Source: Nanobdellota archaeon (GTDB lineage Archaea; Nanobdellota; Nanobdellia; Woesearchaeales; JAHWHD01). From it: a stretch of DNA of 42,254 nucleotides. Where the stretch lies: positions 1 through 42,254 of the forward strand of contig JAYENX010000021.1 in the NCBI GenBank assembly GCA_034722435.1, written 5' to 3'. This document shows, in pieces, positions 8,452-16,548 of this stretch. Each line of letters begins with the position of its first letter. Position 1 is the first letter of the stretch. Under the pieces are notes generated by a model. That model saw only the letters and a program-made list of their open reading frames with translations, made no database searches and was not told the DNA's origin. Made by a program: the position numbers and the translations under genes.

Positions 8452-8775
8452 CTATCTAAAACACTCGTCACAATACCACTCACTATGTATCCATCCGAAT
8501 TCCTTTATTTCTTTGAGGTGACCGTTTTTATTAATTTTATATCTATGAGATTCTTTTTGTAATTTAATTGTAGCCGGCTTACCACAATAAAGGCAACTAT
8601 ATTTGTGATTAACTTTTTCCATGCTTTTTTCTCTTCTTTTCTTTTCTATAATATTAAATTCATCTGAGAAAATATTTTCTATTTTTACTTTTCGTTTCTT
8701 TAATTCAATCTCTTCTAATCCTTTTTCACTTAGGTTTGATTTTAATTCTTTTAGTATTGATGAAAAAGTAGACAT
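8452..8775 (-). CDS. hypothetical protein with C-terminal CxxC (start revised to MSTFSS)
   Basis: The track start at 8937 overlaps a better HTH ORF in another frame. ATG at 8775 follows an AT-rich spacer typical of this genome. Contains CLYCG...CDEC. Confidence 0.7.
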   Translation of the reverse strand: MSTFSSILKELKSNLSEKGLEEIELKKRKVKIENIFSDEFNIIEKKRREKSMEKVNHKYSCLYCGKPATIKLQKESHRYKINKNGHLKEIKEFGWIHSEWYCDECFR

Positions 8776-8782
8776 AATAATT

Positions 8783-8959
8783 TTAATTAAATAAATTAAA
8801 AAATCCCTTAGGTCTGAATATCCTAAAGGGATCGAGATAGTAGTCGACCATTTTTTTTGAGACTCCAAATAGTTTGGAAATCTTTTTGTTGTTACATCCT
8901 TTTGCGTGTAGATCGTGAAGTTGAAGGATGTCTGCATTGTTTAATTTTTCTGCTTTCAT
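8783..8959 (-). CDS. small helix-turn-helix DNA-binding protein (58 aa)
   Basis: Hand-translated MKAEKLNNADILQLHDLHAKGCNNKKISKLFGVSKKMVDYYLDPFRIFRPKGFFNLFN. ISKLFGVSKKMVDYYL fits the HTH pattern. It is the first gene after the promoter at 9055-9084. Confidence 0.75.
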   Translation of the reverse strand: MKAEKLNNADILQLHDLHAKGCNNKKISKLFGVSKKMVDYYLDPFRIFRPKGFFNLFN

Positions 8960-9054
8960 ATTAATTTCAAATTTATTTCATCTATATTATGTCGGTGACC
9001 CCTTGTAAGGCTAAGGTTTCAAGCCAAAGTCTTACAGGGAATCTCCATGCGTTA

Positions 9055-9084
9055 ACGTTAGCATACAGGAAAAAAGTATGCAAA
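9055..9084 (-). promoter_or_regulatory. sigma70-type promoter with extended -10 and overlapping operator-like palindrome
   Basis: Minus strand TTGCAT-18 nt-TAACGT, preceded by TGC. Inverted repeat TAGCATAC-N10-GTATGCAA at 9059-9084. A downstream 5'-UTR hairpin lies at 9000-9039. Confidence 0.55.
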
Positions 9085-9124
9085 TAAAAAACTGTGGAAA
9101 ACTATTTTTGGATATTTTGGATAT

Positions 9125-10165
9125 TTACTGGGCAACAATCGTTCCAATATTCTGAACAGTTAGATCTACTCCGCGCGGGATAGAATTTAATTTTGGTTCA
9201 GGGATTTCTTTGACATGACCCCATTGCGGAATTGGATCACCATTATTGTCTCTTAAGATATTACCATCCATATCTCTTTTCGGAAAAAAGTCGGCGTAAA
9301 CTTTTGCAGAAATAAAGGCATGCTTTATTCCGTTGACGATCCAATAGACAGCCGGTAGATTTGGTGCCTTAACAATATTTTCTCTAATCCCTCGAGTGAC
9401 ATCCTCGATAGACATAGCAGCGGACAGGCGATAGCTTTCGTCTAAATATGAATATCCATCTTTAGCCCATTTTTTACCCCACCAGTTAGCAAAATACATT
9501 CGGTTACCTTTCCAACCGGTAGCGCAAACTGAATGATACCAATCAATCTTTCCGGGTTTAACAACTCCTCCATTTTTTTCTATTATTGCATTATTCCAGT
9601 TGTAGTTATTTCCGCCAACAGCGATCAGGACAGGATGACCACGATGGATAGCGCGCTTGATGCTATCCAGATCAAAGACATCTAGAAAAGAATATCCCTT
9701 GATTCTGTGTCTTAGTGCTTCTGTAGATACTTTATTTGTTAATAGATTTTTGTTTTCTGTGTGAGGTTTACCTTTATGGAAGTTGTCAGGTAAAAGTTTA
9801 TGTAGACATAGTCCTTTATCCTTTACTGTTTTTGCGGCAGATCGATAATCTGTTCCTCTCGGGGTGTGTGGAGTTAATAGCCATCCGAATAAAGCTGATA
9901 GATCAACCTTCTGGAAATGTTCTATTTCTTCATTATACTGTTGAGCGAAAGCAAAAGAACAAAGAACGCAAGCAGGGATATTGTGTTGTATAGGTAGGCG
10001 TGGTTTTTTAGGTAAATAAAATTCATTTGGTAAATCCTCTATGTCTGGGGTAGATCCACCAAAGATTTTATTCCACGAATAGTCTCTTCTATCTGGTGTT
10101 GATGGTTTCCAGCCACCAACAAATTGCGAGATTTTAAATTTAGGTTTTCTCCAAAAGAAAAACAT
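9125..10165 (-). CDS. papain-like (C1) cysteine peptidase with C-terminal accessory domain; candidate lysin
   Basis: QHNIPACV (Gln and catalytic Cys), WYHSVCATGW (His) and FANWWGKKWAKDGY (Asn). C-terminal VKAPNLPAVYWIVNGIKHAF...WGHVKEI module. Last gene of the late operon. Confidence 0.85.
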   Translation of the reverse strand: MFFFWRKPKFKISQFVGGWKPSTPDRRDYSWNKIFGGSTPDIEDLPNEFYLPKKPRLPIQHNIPACVLCSFAFAQQYNEEIEHFQKVDLSALFGWLLTPHTPRGTDYRSAAKTVKDKGLCLHKLLPDNFHKGKPHTENKNLLTNKVSTEALRHRIKGYSFLDVFDLDSIKRAIHRGHPVLIAVGGNNYNWNNAIIEKNGGVVKPGKIDWYHSVCATGWKGNRMYFANWWGKKWAKDGYSYLDESYRLSAAMSIEDVTRGIRENIVKAPNLPAVYWIVNGIKHAFISAKVYADFFPKRDMDGNILRDNNGDPIPQWGHVKEIPEPKLNSIPRGVDLTVQNIGTIVAQ

Positions 10166-10185
10166 AATTCTAATTTAATAATTAA

Positions 10186-10317
10186 TTATATAAAGTTAGG
10201 ATCTTTAATCCTTTTAACCATTTTCCCCATCCAGTGAAAATGGTATATTGGTAATGACTTGGTAAAAATAGCATATTTTGTGCTTGATTTTGGACAAACC
10301 AAGCAATACCAAGTCAT
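10186..10317 (-). CDS. small hypothetical protein (43 aa)
   Basis: Hand-translated MTWYCLVCPKSSTKYAIFTKSLPIYHFHWMGKMVKRIKDPNFI. Confidence 0.4.
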   Translation of the reverse strand: MTWYCLVCPKSSTKYAIFTKSLPIYHFHWMGKMVKRIKDPNFI

Positions 10318-10326
10318 AAGGGGTCT

Positions 10327-10470
10327 CAAGAGAGCGTGGATATGCACCACCTAACGACCCTTGCACCTCGATTATAGCCCAAGCAAAGGACTATAATGTT
10401 CTGGTGTTGCTTCAAGAATATGTGTTAGTTCTTATTTTACGAACTTGTGGGCTCGGAAAACTACTCTCTT
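10327..10470 (-). ncRNA. second candidate tRNA-like structured RNA
   Basis: Terminal 7-bp stem AAGAGAG/CTCTCTT followed by G, then TA. T-arm-like GGTGG-TGCATAT-CCACG sits directly 5' of the 3' strand. Internal 10-bp hairpin ATTATAGTCC-TTTGCTT-GGGCTATAAT. Confidence 0.35.
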
Positions 10471-10483
10471 TTATTTAATACCA

Positions 10484-10591
10484 TTACTTGATTAATATTT
10501 CTGAAAGAATAATAGTTAATGTAATAATAAAACCAAGTATCAAAACAAATATCAGAAAATAGATACAATCTTTTATAATATCTTGAATCAT
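10484..10591 (-). CDS. small single-pass membrane protein (35 aa)
   Basis: Hand-translated MIQDIIKDCIYFLIFVLILGFIITLTIILSEILIK, starting 12 nt after the large ejection gene. Confidence 0.5.
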   Translation of the reverse strand: MIQDIIKDCIYFLIFVLILGFIITLTIILSEILIK

Positions 10592-10603
10592 AATATTATT
10601 TAA

Positions 10604-13600
10604 TTATTTTAATTTTAATTTTGGTAATTTCTTTAGTTTTAATCTTTTTAATTTTAATGGTGGTTTTAATTTTGGAACAATTGATTTTCTGTCTTCTTCA
10701 AATTTCTTCTCCGCTGTTCTTGGAGACCATCCTAATAATCTAGATATTCCAATTGCGGACTGTCCTGTGAATATATCCCCTATTCCACCAACCATATTTT
10801 TTGTTTGTTTGGCCGGAACTCCAAAAACATTTCCAGCATCTATTAACTGAAATAATGCACTGAATACATCTTCAGAAGTAATGTCGTCAAAATCTATTTT
10901 CCTTATTGCTTTGTTAATGTCATTAGCAATTGTTGCAACTGGAACTTCAAGATCCCAAACTCTTAATCCTAATGTGGTTCTAATAATACTATCAACAATA
11001 TCTCCAAAAATAAATAATCCATTTAAAGACCCAAGTATTCCTGCTCTTAAATATTCTTTTTTATCTTCATCATCCCATCCTCCAAGATTGGCAACATATT
11101 GAAATATTAAAGGAATTAAAACATGATAAATTGCTAATGTTTTTGCAACATGTCCAATATTCTTTTTACCAAATCCACCTTTTTCGAATAATGATTTAAT
11201 TGCCATCACTTCTTTTTGTAAATATTGACGTGGAGACGATTTAAACATTGTAAATAATTGATCCAACGATCCTCCCCTTTGTACTTCAGATAATCTAGAT
11301 ATATCTGCTGATTGCTGAGTGGCAGAACTAAACTCCTCGTATTCTTTAATAATATCATTTATATTTTGTCCTTGCTTTAGCCTTGCCTTTCTTAATGCCC
11401 AACTTCCAACCGCTATTGCTCCTTTATCCCCAATTTTGACATTTAACATTAACATATCCATAAAACTTTTAGTTCTTGAATATTCTTTGAATATATTACT
11501 CTCTTGGGCTGCTTTAATATCTCTTTCCATATTTTGTCCTCTAGTCTTAAAAAAGATACTTTCATTCTCTAGTATTTTCCAATTCTTAACTGGATGTAAC
11601 CAAAAATCTGATACTCCCACTGTAAACTCAATAGGATTTAATTTCTCAAGATATGCTATTGTTGATACCATTTGTTTAGTTCCGATTATTACCTTAATTG
11701 CTAGTGCGCCTAGAGTAAACTTTTTTCTGAAATAATCTACTACTTTATATCTTCGTGCATTCTTATTTCCATGATTAGTAAAATCTTTAATTGAATTACT
11801 AATAGCGACTAACATATTGTCTCCGAATTCTTGCTTAATTGCACTTCTAACCCTATGATCACTAAAATTAGCCTTAAATCTTCTTATTTGTTTAACCCAT
11901 GCAACAAAATAGTTTGTTTCAGTAATATGTCTTTTTAATGTTTCTATACTACTTTGACCAGTTATTGGTAATATACTACCAACCCTTATTTTAAAACTAT
12001 CACTACTTAAAGCTCGCCTATCACCACTCTCTATTAAAAACTCTCCCATTCCTTTAGTTGCATCTATAACATATCCCTCTCTTCTTATTGGAGAATAAAA
12101 TTCGTTAAAAGATAAATCAACCCCATAAATCTCACTGTATATTGGGTTAATTTTATTCCATTGTTTTTTATACATTTCAAATTGATTGCGAGCAAAGATT
12201 TTATCATTATCAGTCATTTCTCCTTCTATTGCCTCTCGCATTTCAGATGTAAATTTATTACCCTTAGTAAATGATTCTAATAATGTTGGATCTTGAAATT
12301 CCATCCATCTCTTAATGATTTCATCTTTAGTTAAAATAAGCTCTCCTTCAACTCCTTCCGTATTAGTAATAGTACCTAGGTTTATTTTCTTACTTAATTT
12401 TAATAATTGTTTATGAATATCTATGTTCTTATTTTTAATATTATATGCTTCGCTAATTGCATCATTAAAATCATTAACAAATTCTAATTCTAATTCTTTA
12501 TATTTATTATCTTGCTCGAGAGTACTAAATTTTTCAGCAAGTATTTTATTTTCAACATGATTATTAAAGTCAAGTGTTCTCATTTTACCTTGCCAGTCCA
12601 ATATCCATCTTTTCCCCAAAGACTTAAATGTTTGTTTAATTCTCTGTATTTTTCCTTCTCTTATTCCAAATGTTTCTATCCCAACCTTAATCCCTTTTTC
12701 CCCAGTTATTCTACTAATTAATAATTCTTTCTCTCGTTGAATTTCAGTTTGTATATTAAATTTCTTTAATACGTTCATCATTTTCCCTTTTTCTTTCATG
12801 TCTTTAATTTGTGATAATAGATCTCCCATTTCTGCAATTGACAAATCAGTACTTATTAATTTTAAAATAGCATTCTCGAGAGCAACGTCTACTGGCGGGA
12901 TGTCCGGATATTGGTTAATATTATCTATAATCTTTAGTTCTGCCTCGTCTTGTGTTAGATTAATTACTCTCTTCATTGTGTCTAGTATCCTTTGTATTTC
13001 AGGAGTAAATTTTCCGACTGGTTTGCCATTAACTTTTTTAATTTTTATATCTTTTAATTCATTTCTAATATTATCTTTTATTCTTCTAATTGTAGCTTTT
13101 TTTTCTAATCTTTCAATTCTTTCCAATATTTCTGGTAATTTACTTTCTAACTGTTGGATTGTTTGTATGTTTTTTATAGCACGAATAAATTTTGCCTTGT
13201 CATGTGCATCAAGGTCAGATTGTTCTAGCGCATTTATAACTTCTATTTGGACAGCTTTAGTTTCTTTCTTTGTTATTGATTTAATATAGGCCTTATTATT
13301 AAGTTTACTGTGTATCTTTTTAATAATATCAGAGGTAATACCTTTTAGGTATTTCTCTTTTTCCGCTTTAGATTTTTCTTGAATTTTTTGTGCTTTCTCC
13401 CATATTTCTTTAAGTTGTTGTTTGGTTCCAATATCATCTTGTCTAAAATCTATTCCTTTTATTTTTGTAAATTTAGTAGGGTTTATTACTAATAATCCTT
13501 CTTTTTCTCCAAAATCTAATCCATCTACTTTTATTTTTTTAGCATACTTAACAATTGCTTCTTCAGACTGAAGACTTGGGAAGGCCTTTAATGCCTTTGA

Positions 13601-16543
13601 TTCAAATTCTACCCATTCTGGACTATGATAATCTCCAACCTTTTGTATTTTTGCACCTGGACTTTTAATAAATCCGATAACTACAGGATTATCATAAAAA
13701 TTACTCGCATAGTTAAATGCTTCGCCTTGAGAAGATAAATATAATCCTTCTCCTGACCTTGTCCCGTGTCTTTCAAATTCAGTTAATCTTTTTTTAAGTT
13801 GTAAATCGGTAAGTGTTTTTTCGCCAACGTCCCCCTTTAATTCATCGGCAGTTCCGTGATAATAAATATTCTTTTCAAACTCATCTGCACTTTTATACTT
13901 CTTAGCTTGTTCTGTAAGAGAGGGTTTGGTTATAGGTTGTTCTATTTCGACTTTTTTAACTTCTCTTTCAACTTCAAGAGTCGTTTCTTTCGCTCTTCCC
14001 ACTTCGGGTACTTTTTTTCCATAATCTTGTTTTAATTGATTATTTATATCTCTAAATAAACTATCTATATCAATCTCCTTTGCAGGAATTTGTTCATAGA
14101 GAATATCTCTCTTATCTACTAATGCACGAAACTTTTCGTCATTTTCATAAAGTTCTCTTTTGGCATACTGTTTTCCTTGTTCGGCCATTTTGGACATATC
14201 TTTTTTTGCTTCTTTGAGAGACCATCTTCTGAAAGTTCCTTCACTTGTTTTATATTCTTTTACACCAGCAGTTTTCTTATCAGCAGTATAACCAGCTTCT
14301 TTACGAAACTTCTCTACCTTGTCTACTATTTCCTTATCTAATATCTTTATATCATCCTTTGTAGATTTTGTTAGTTTATCCTCTCCTTTAAATTTAACTT
14401 CTGCGCTAGGGTCAATAAATCCTGGACGTTGTTTTAGTTTCCAATTCTCCGAATCTTTAATTGCATTCAACATTTCTGTTTTATTTTTATCAACCCATTT
14501 CTTTATTGACAAATTAAGTATTTCTTTTAATTCAATATCTGTCTTATCGGGATTGGTTTTTTTTAATTCCTGGATTAGGTCGTTATGTACACCTGTTTTT
14601 TCTAATAAGACTGTAATACCTGATGAACCAAAACCAAGTAATCCACCAATCACCATCGATTCCATTACTCCTTCTGATATTTTCTGATTTGGATCCCATG
14701 TATACCAATCAATTAGATTCCCACCAAACTCTTGAGATCCTTCTTGAAATGCTTCATTAAATGTTTTAACAAGTATATTTAATGCTGGTTTCTTAAAATT
14801 TTTGAAAAAGATTTCAAGGCCAACCCATTCTAAAGCCCCTTCCAACACACCCTTTGTTAAGGCAATCTTAAACTTTGTATCTACATCATAATCTTCCCCT
14901 ATATCTGAATAAGTACTTCCAGTTTGCATGGCGCCAAAAACAACACCTGCTATTTGTGGTTGTTTTGTAAGAGCAGTTAACGCAATTGCTGTCGCTAAAG
15001 ATGCTCCCCCACTAGTCAACATATCAGTCCATTTAACAAAAGAACTCTCAGGTGGGGAAAAATAACCGGATTTCGTTAAGAAATCTCTATTTTTTACTGC
15101 CATATTGCGCGCAACTTCCGATATTCTTTTATCAATTGCTTCTGCTTTTTCTTGTTGTTGTAAAATTGAAGGCGGAAGCGATTTTTTATCTTCTTCTGTC
15201 AATTTTCCACCATAAAGAAGACTCGCTATGCCCTGGTCTGCTTGCATCTCAATAAGTCCTCCGAGCCAATAAGGAGTGTTTAAAACAAACCTCTGTAATG
15301 CTCTGTTCATAGCCATAGAAGCATCTACACTCAGATTATGGACAGGTTCAATAGCTTCAGGTAATATTTTAGCTCCCCATTCTTTATTTACCTCAGCAAG
15401 ATAATGATTTAAATCTCTAGGAAAATCTGGTTGAGTAAATGGTTTATTTAAATATATGGCCGTTCTTTTTCCAGAATATAAAGGGCTTGTCATAACTTCC
15501 TCTACTTCTATTTTTTCTCCTTTAAAATATCTCTTTTGCGTTTCTACTGATAAATTCTTAAATCCTTCGAAATCTGTAATGCCTTTTAAAAGTAGCATAT
15601 CTTGCATTGCAGGATCTATAATCCCTCCTTCTTTAACTTTTGTTTCTTGTAGCCCAAATAATGATTTATATTTTGTTTTTAATTTTGGAAGCGGGGGTAA
15701 TTTGGACGGTAAAATCTCTTTATCTCCCCGTTCCTCTTTTTTCTTTTTTAAAATAGTTCTTTGTTCTTGAATCGGTAAGTTTATAAAATCCTCAGGGCTA
15801 TCAACCCCTACCCTTATTAAATGTTCTCTTAAAGCAGGATCTATTTTACTATCTATTTTTTCTTTTGATGCCTGTATTTCTTTAACAGCTTCTTCATCCC
15901 CAACTCTTATCCTATTAAAATCACTAAAAGTCGCTTTTTCATTAAAAAATCCTTCTGCTTTGGATATAGCAAATAATAATTCATCAAAATCTACAGACTT
16001 TGTTCTTGTATTAGGGTCTACCTCTAAGAAATTAGATACATTTCTTATCCATGGTTCACTATCAGTCGCATATACTCTACCTATTTCTGCGATAGTTGGA
16101 TTAGATCCCTCAATATGATCACTACCTCCATTTATCTTTGCCCATACATCAGCAGTTATCCCTTGAAAACCTGATTTAATATCTGGGAATCTTAGATGAT
16201 CATTTTCATCGGTCAAGATATTACCATTCGCGTCTTTTAAAGCAAAACGATCTGCTATTCCTCCAATCTTAACATTTCCAGGATTATTATTTCTAACAGC
16301 AGGGACTCTCTTATTGATTATTGGCCCTTGCATTGATTGATTTAATAATTCATCCCACTTAGAAAGGACTACTGTCTGTGGTTCAAACAATTCTCCCAAT
16401 GGAGTTTTTTGAGTAATAGGTTTTACTTCTTCCGGACCGAATAAAGATCCTTTTTTTTTCTGATCAGAAGTTAATACATTATCATTTCCTATATCAGTAC
16501 TACCCGATATTTGTAGTCCGAATAACTTTTCCAATGAAGTCAT
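10604..16543 (-). CDS. large internal virion / DNA ejection (polyvalent) protein
   Basis: 1979 aa, last large gene of a podovirus tail module. N-terminal RNNNPGN lysozyme-like domain, central YHGT...GLYLS...AFNYA ART-like domain, and helical C-terminal region. Confidence 0.8.
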   Translation of the reverse strand: MTSLEKLFGLQISGSTDIGNDNVLTSDQKKKGSLFGPEEVKPITQKTPLGELFEPQTVVLSKWDELLNQSMQGPIINKRVPAVRNNNPGNVKIGGIADRFALKDANGNILTDENDHLRFPDIKSGFQGITADVWAKINGGSDHIEGSNPTIAEIGRVYATDSEPWIRNVSNFLEVDPNTRTKSVDFDELLFAISKAEGFFNEKATFSDFNRIRVGDEEAVKEIQASKEKIDSKIDPALREHLIRVGVDSPEDFINLPIQEQRTILKKKKEERGDKEILPSKLPPLPKLKTKYKSLFGLQETKVKEGGIIDPAMQDMLLLKGITDFEGFKNLSVETQKRYFKGEKIEVEEVMTSPLYSGKRTAIYLNKPFTQPDFPRDLNHYLAEVNKEWGAKILPEAIEPVHNLSVDASMAMNRALQRFVLNTPYWLGGLIEMQADQGIASLLYGGKLTEEDKKSLPPSILQQQEKAEAIDKRISEVARNMAVKNRDFLTKSGYFSPPESSFVKWTDMLTSGGASLATAIALTALTKQPQIAGVVFGAMQTGSTYSDIGEDYDVDTKFKIALTKGVLEGALEWVGLEIFFKNFKKPALNILVKTFNEAFQEGSQEFGGNLIDWYTWDPNQKISEGVMESMVIGGLLGFGSSGITVLLEKTGVHNDLIQELKKTNPDKTDIELKEILNLSIKKWVDKNKTEMLNAIKDSENWKLKQRPGFIDPSAEVKFKGEDKLTKSTKDDIKILDKEIVDKVEKFRKEAGYTADKKTAGVKEYKTSEGTFRRWSLKEAKKDMSKMAEQGKQYAKRELYENDEKFRALVDKRDILYEQIPAKEIDIDSLFRDINNQLKQDYGKKVPEVGRAKETTLEVEREVKKVEIEQPITKPSLTEQAKKYKSADEFEKNIYYHGTADELKGDVGEKTLTDLQLKKRLTEFERHGTRSGEGLYLSSQGEAFNYASNFYDNPVVIGFIKSPGAKIQKVGDYHSPEWVEFESKALKAFPSLQSEEAIVKYAKKIKVDGLDFGEKEGLLVINPTKFTKIKGIDFRQDDIGTKQQLKEIWEKAQKIQEKSKAEKEKYLKGITSDIIKKIHSKLNNKAYIKSITKKETKAVQIEVINALEQSDLDAHDKAKFIRAIKNIQTIQQLESKLPEILERIERLEKKATIRRIKDNIRNELKDIKIKKVNGKPVGKFTPEIQRILDTMKRVINLTQDEAELKIIDNINQYPDIPPVDVALENAILKLISTDLSIAEMGDLLSQIKDMKEKGKMMNVLKKFNIQTEIQREKELLISRITGEKGIKVGIETFGIREGKIQRIKQTFKSLGKRWILDWQGKMRTLDFNNHVENKILAEKFSTLEQDNKYKELELEFVNDFNDAISEAYNIKNKNIDIHKQLLKLSKKINLGTITNTEGVEGELILTKDEIIKRWMEFQDPTLLESFTKGNKFTSEMREAIEGEMTDNDKIFARNQFEMYKKQWNKINPIYSEIYGVDLSFNEFYSPIRREGYVIDATKGMGEFLIESGDRRALSSDSFKIRVGSILPITGQSSIETLKRHITETNYFVAWVKQIRRFKANFSDHRVRSAIKQEFGDNMLVAISNSIKDFTNHGNKNARRYKVVDYFRKKFTLGALAIKVIIGTKQMVSTIAYLEKLNPIEFTVGVSDFWLHPVKNWKILENESIFFKTRGQNMERDIKAAQESNIFKEYSRTKSFMDMLMLNVKIGDKGAIAVGSWALRKARLKQGQNINDIIKEYEEFSSATQQSADISRLSEVQRGGSLDQLFTMFKSSPRQYLQKEVMAIKSLFEKGGFGKKNIGHVAKTLAIYHVLIPLIFQYVANLGGWDDEDKKEYLRAGILGSLNGLFIFGDIVDSIIRTTLGLRVWDLEVPVATIANDINKAIRKIDFDDITSEDVFSALFQLIDAGNVFGVPAKQTKNMVGGIGDIFTGQSAIGISRLLGWSPRTAEKKFEEDRKSIVPKLKPPLKLKRLKLKKLPKLKLK

Positions 16544-16548
16544 ATTAT

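Noticed and set aside
8776-8937. N-terminal extension of ORF 8452-8937 (MQTSFNF...)
   Set aside because: It overlaps a clear HTH ORF in another frame, and ATG 8775 has the typical AT-rich context.
9094-9102. DnaA-box consensus TTTTCCACA beside the early promoter
   Set aside because: It is a single box. A rough estimate gives several chance matches in an AT-rich 42-kb window, and another occurs near 39290.
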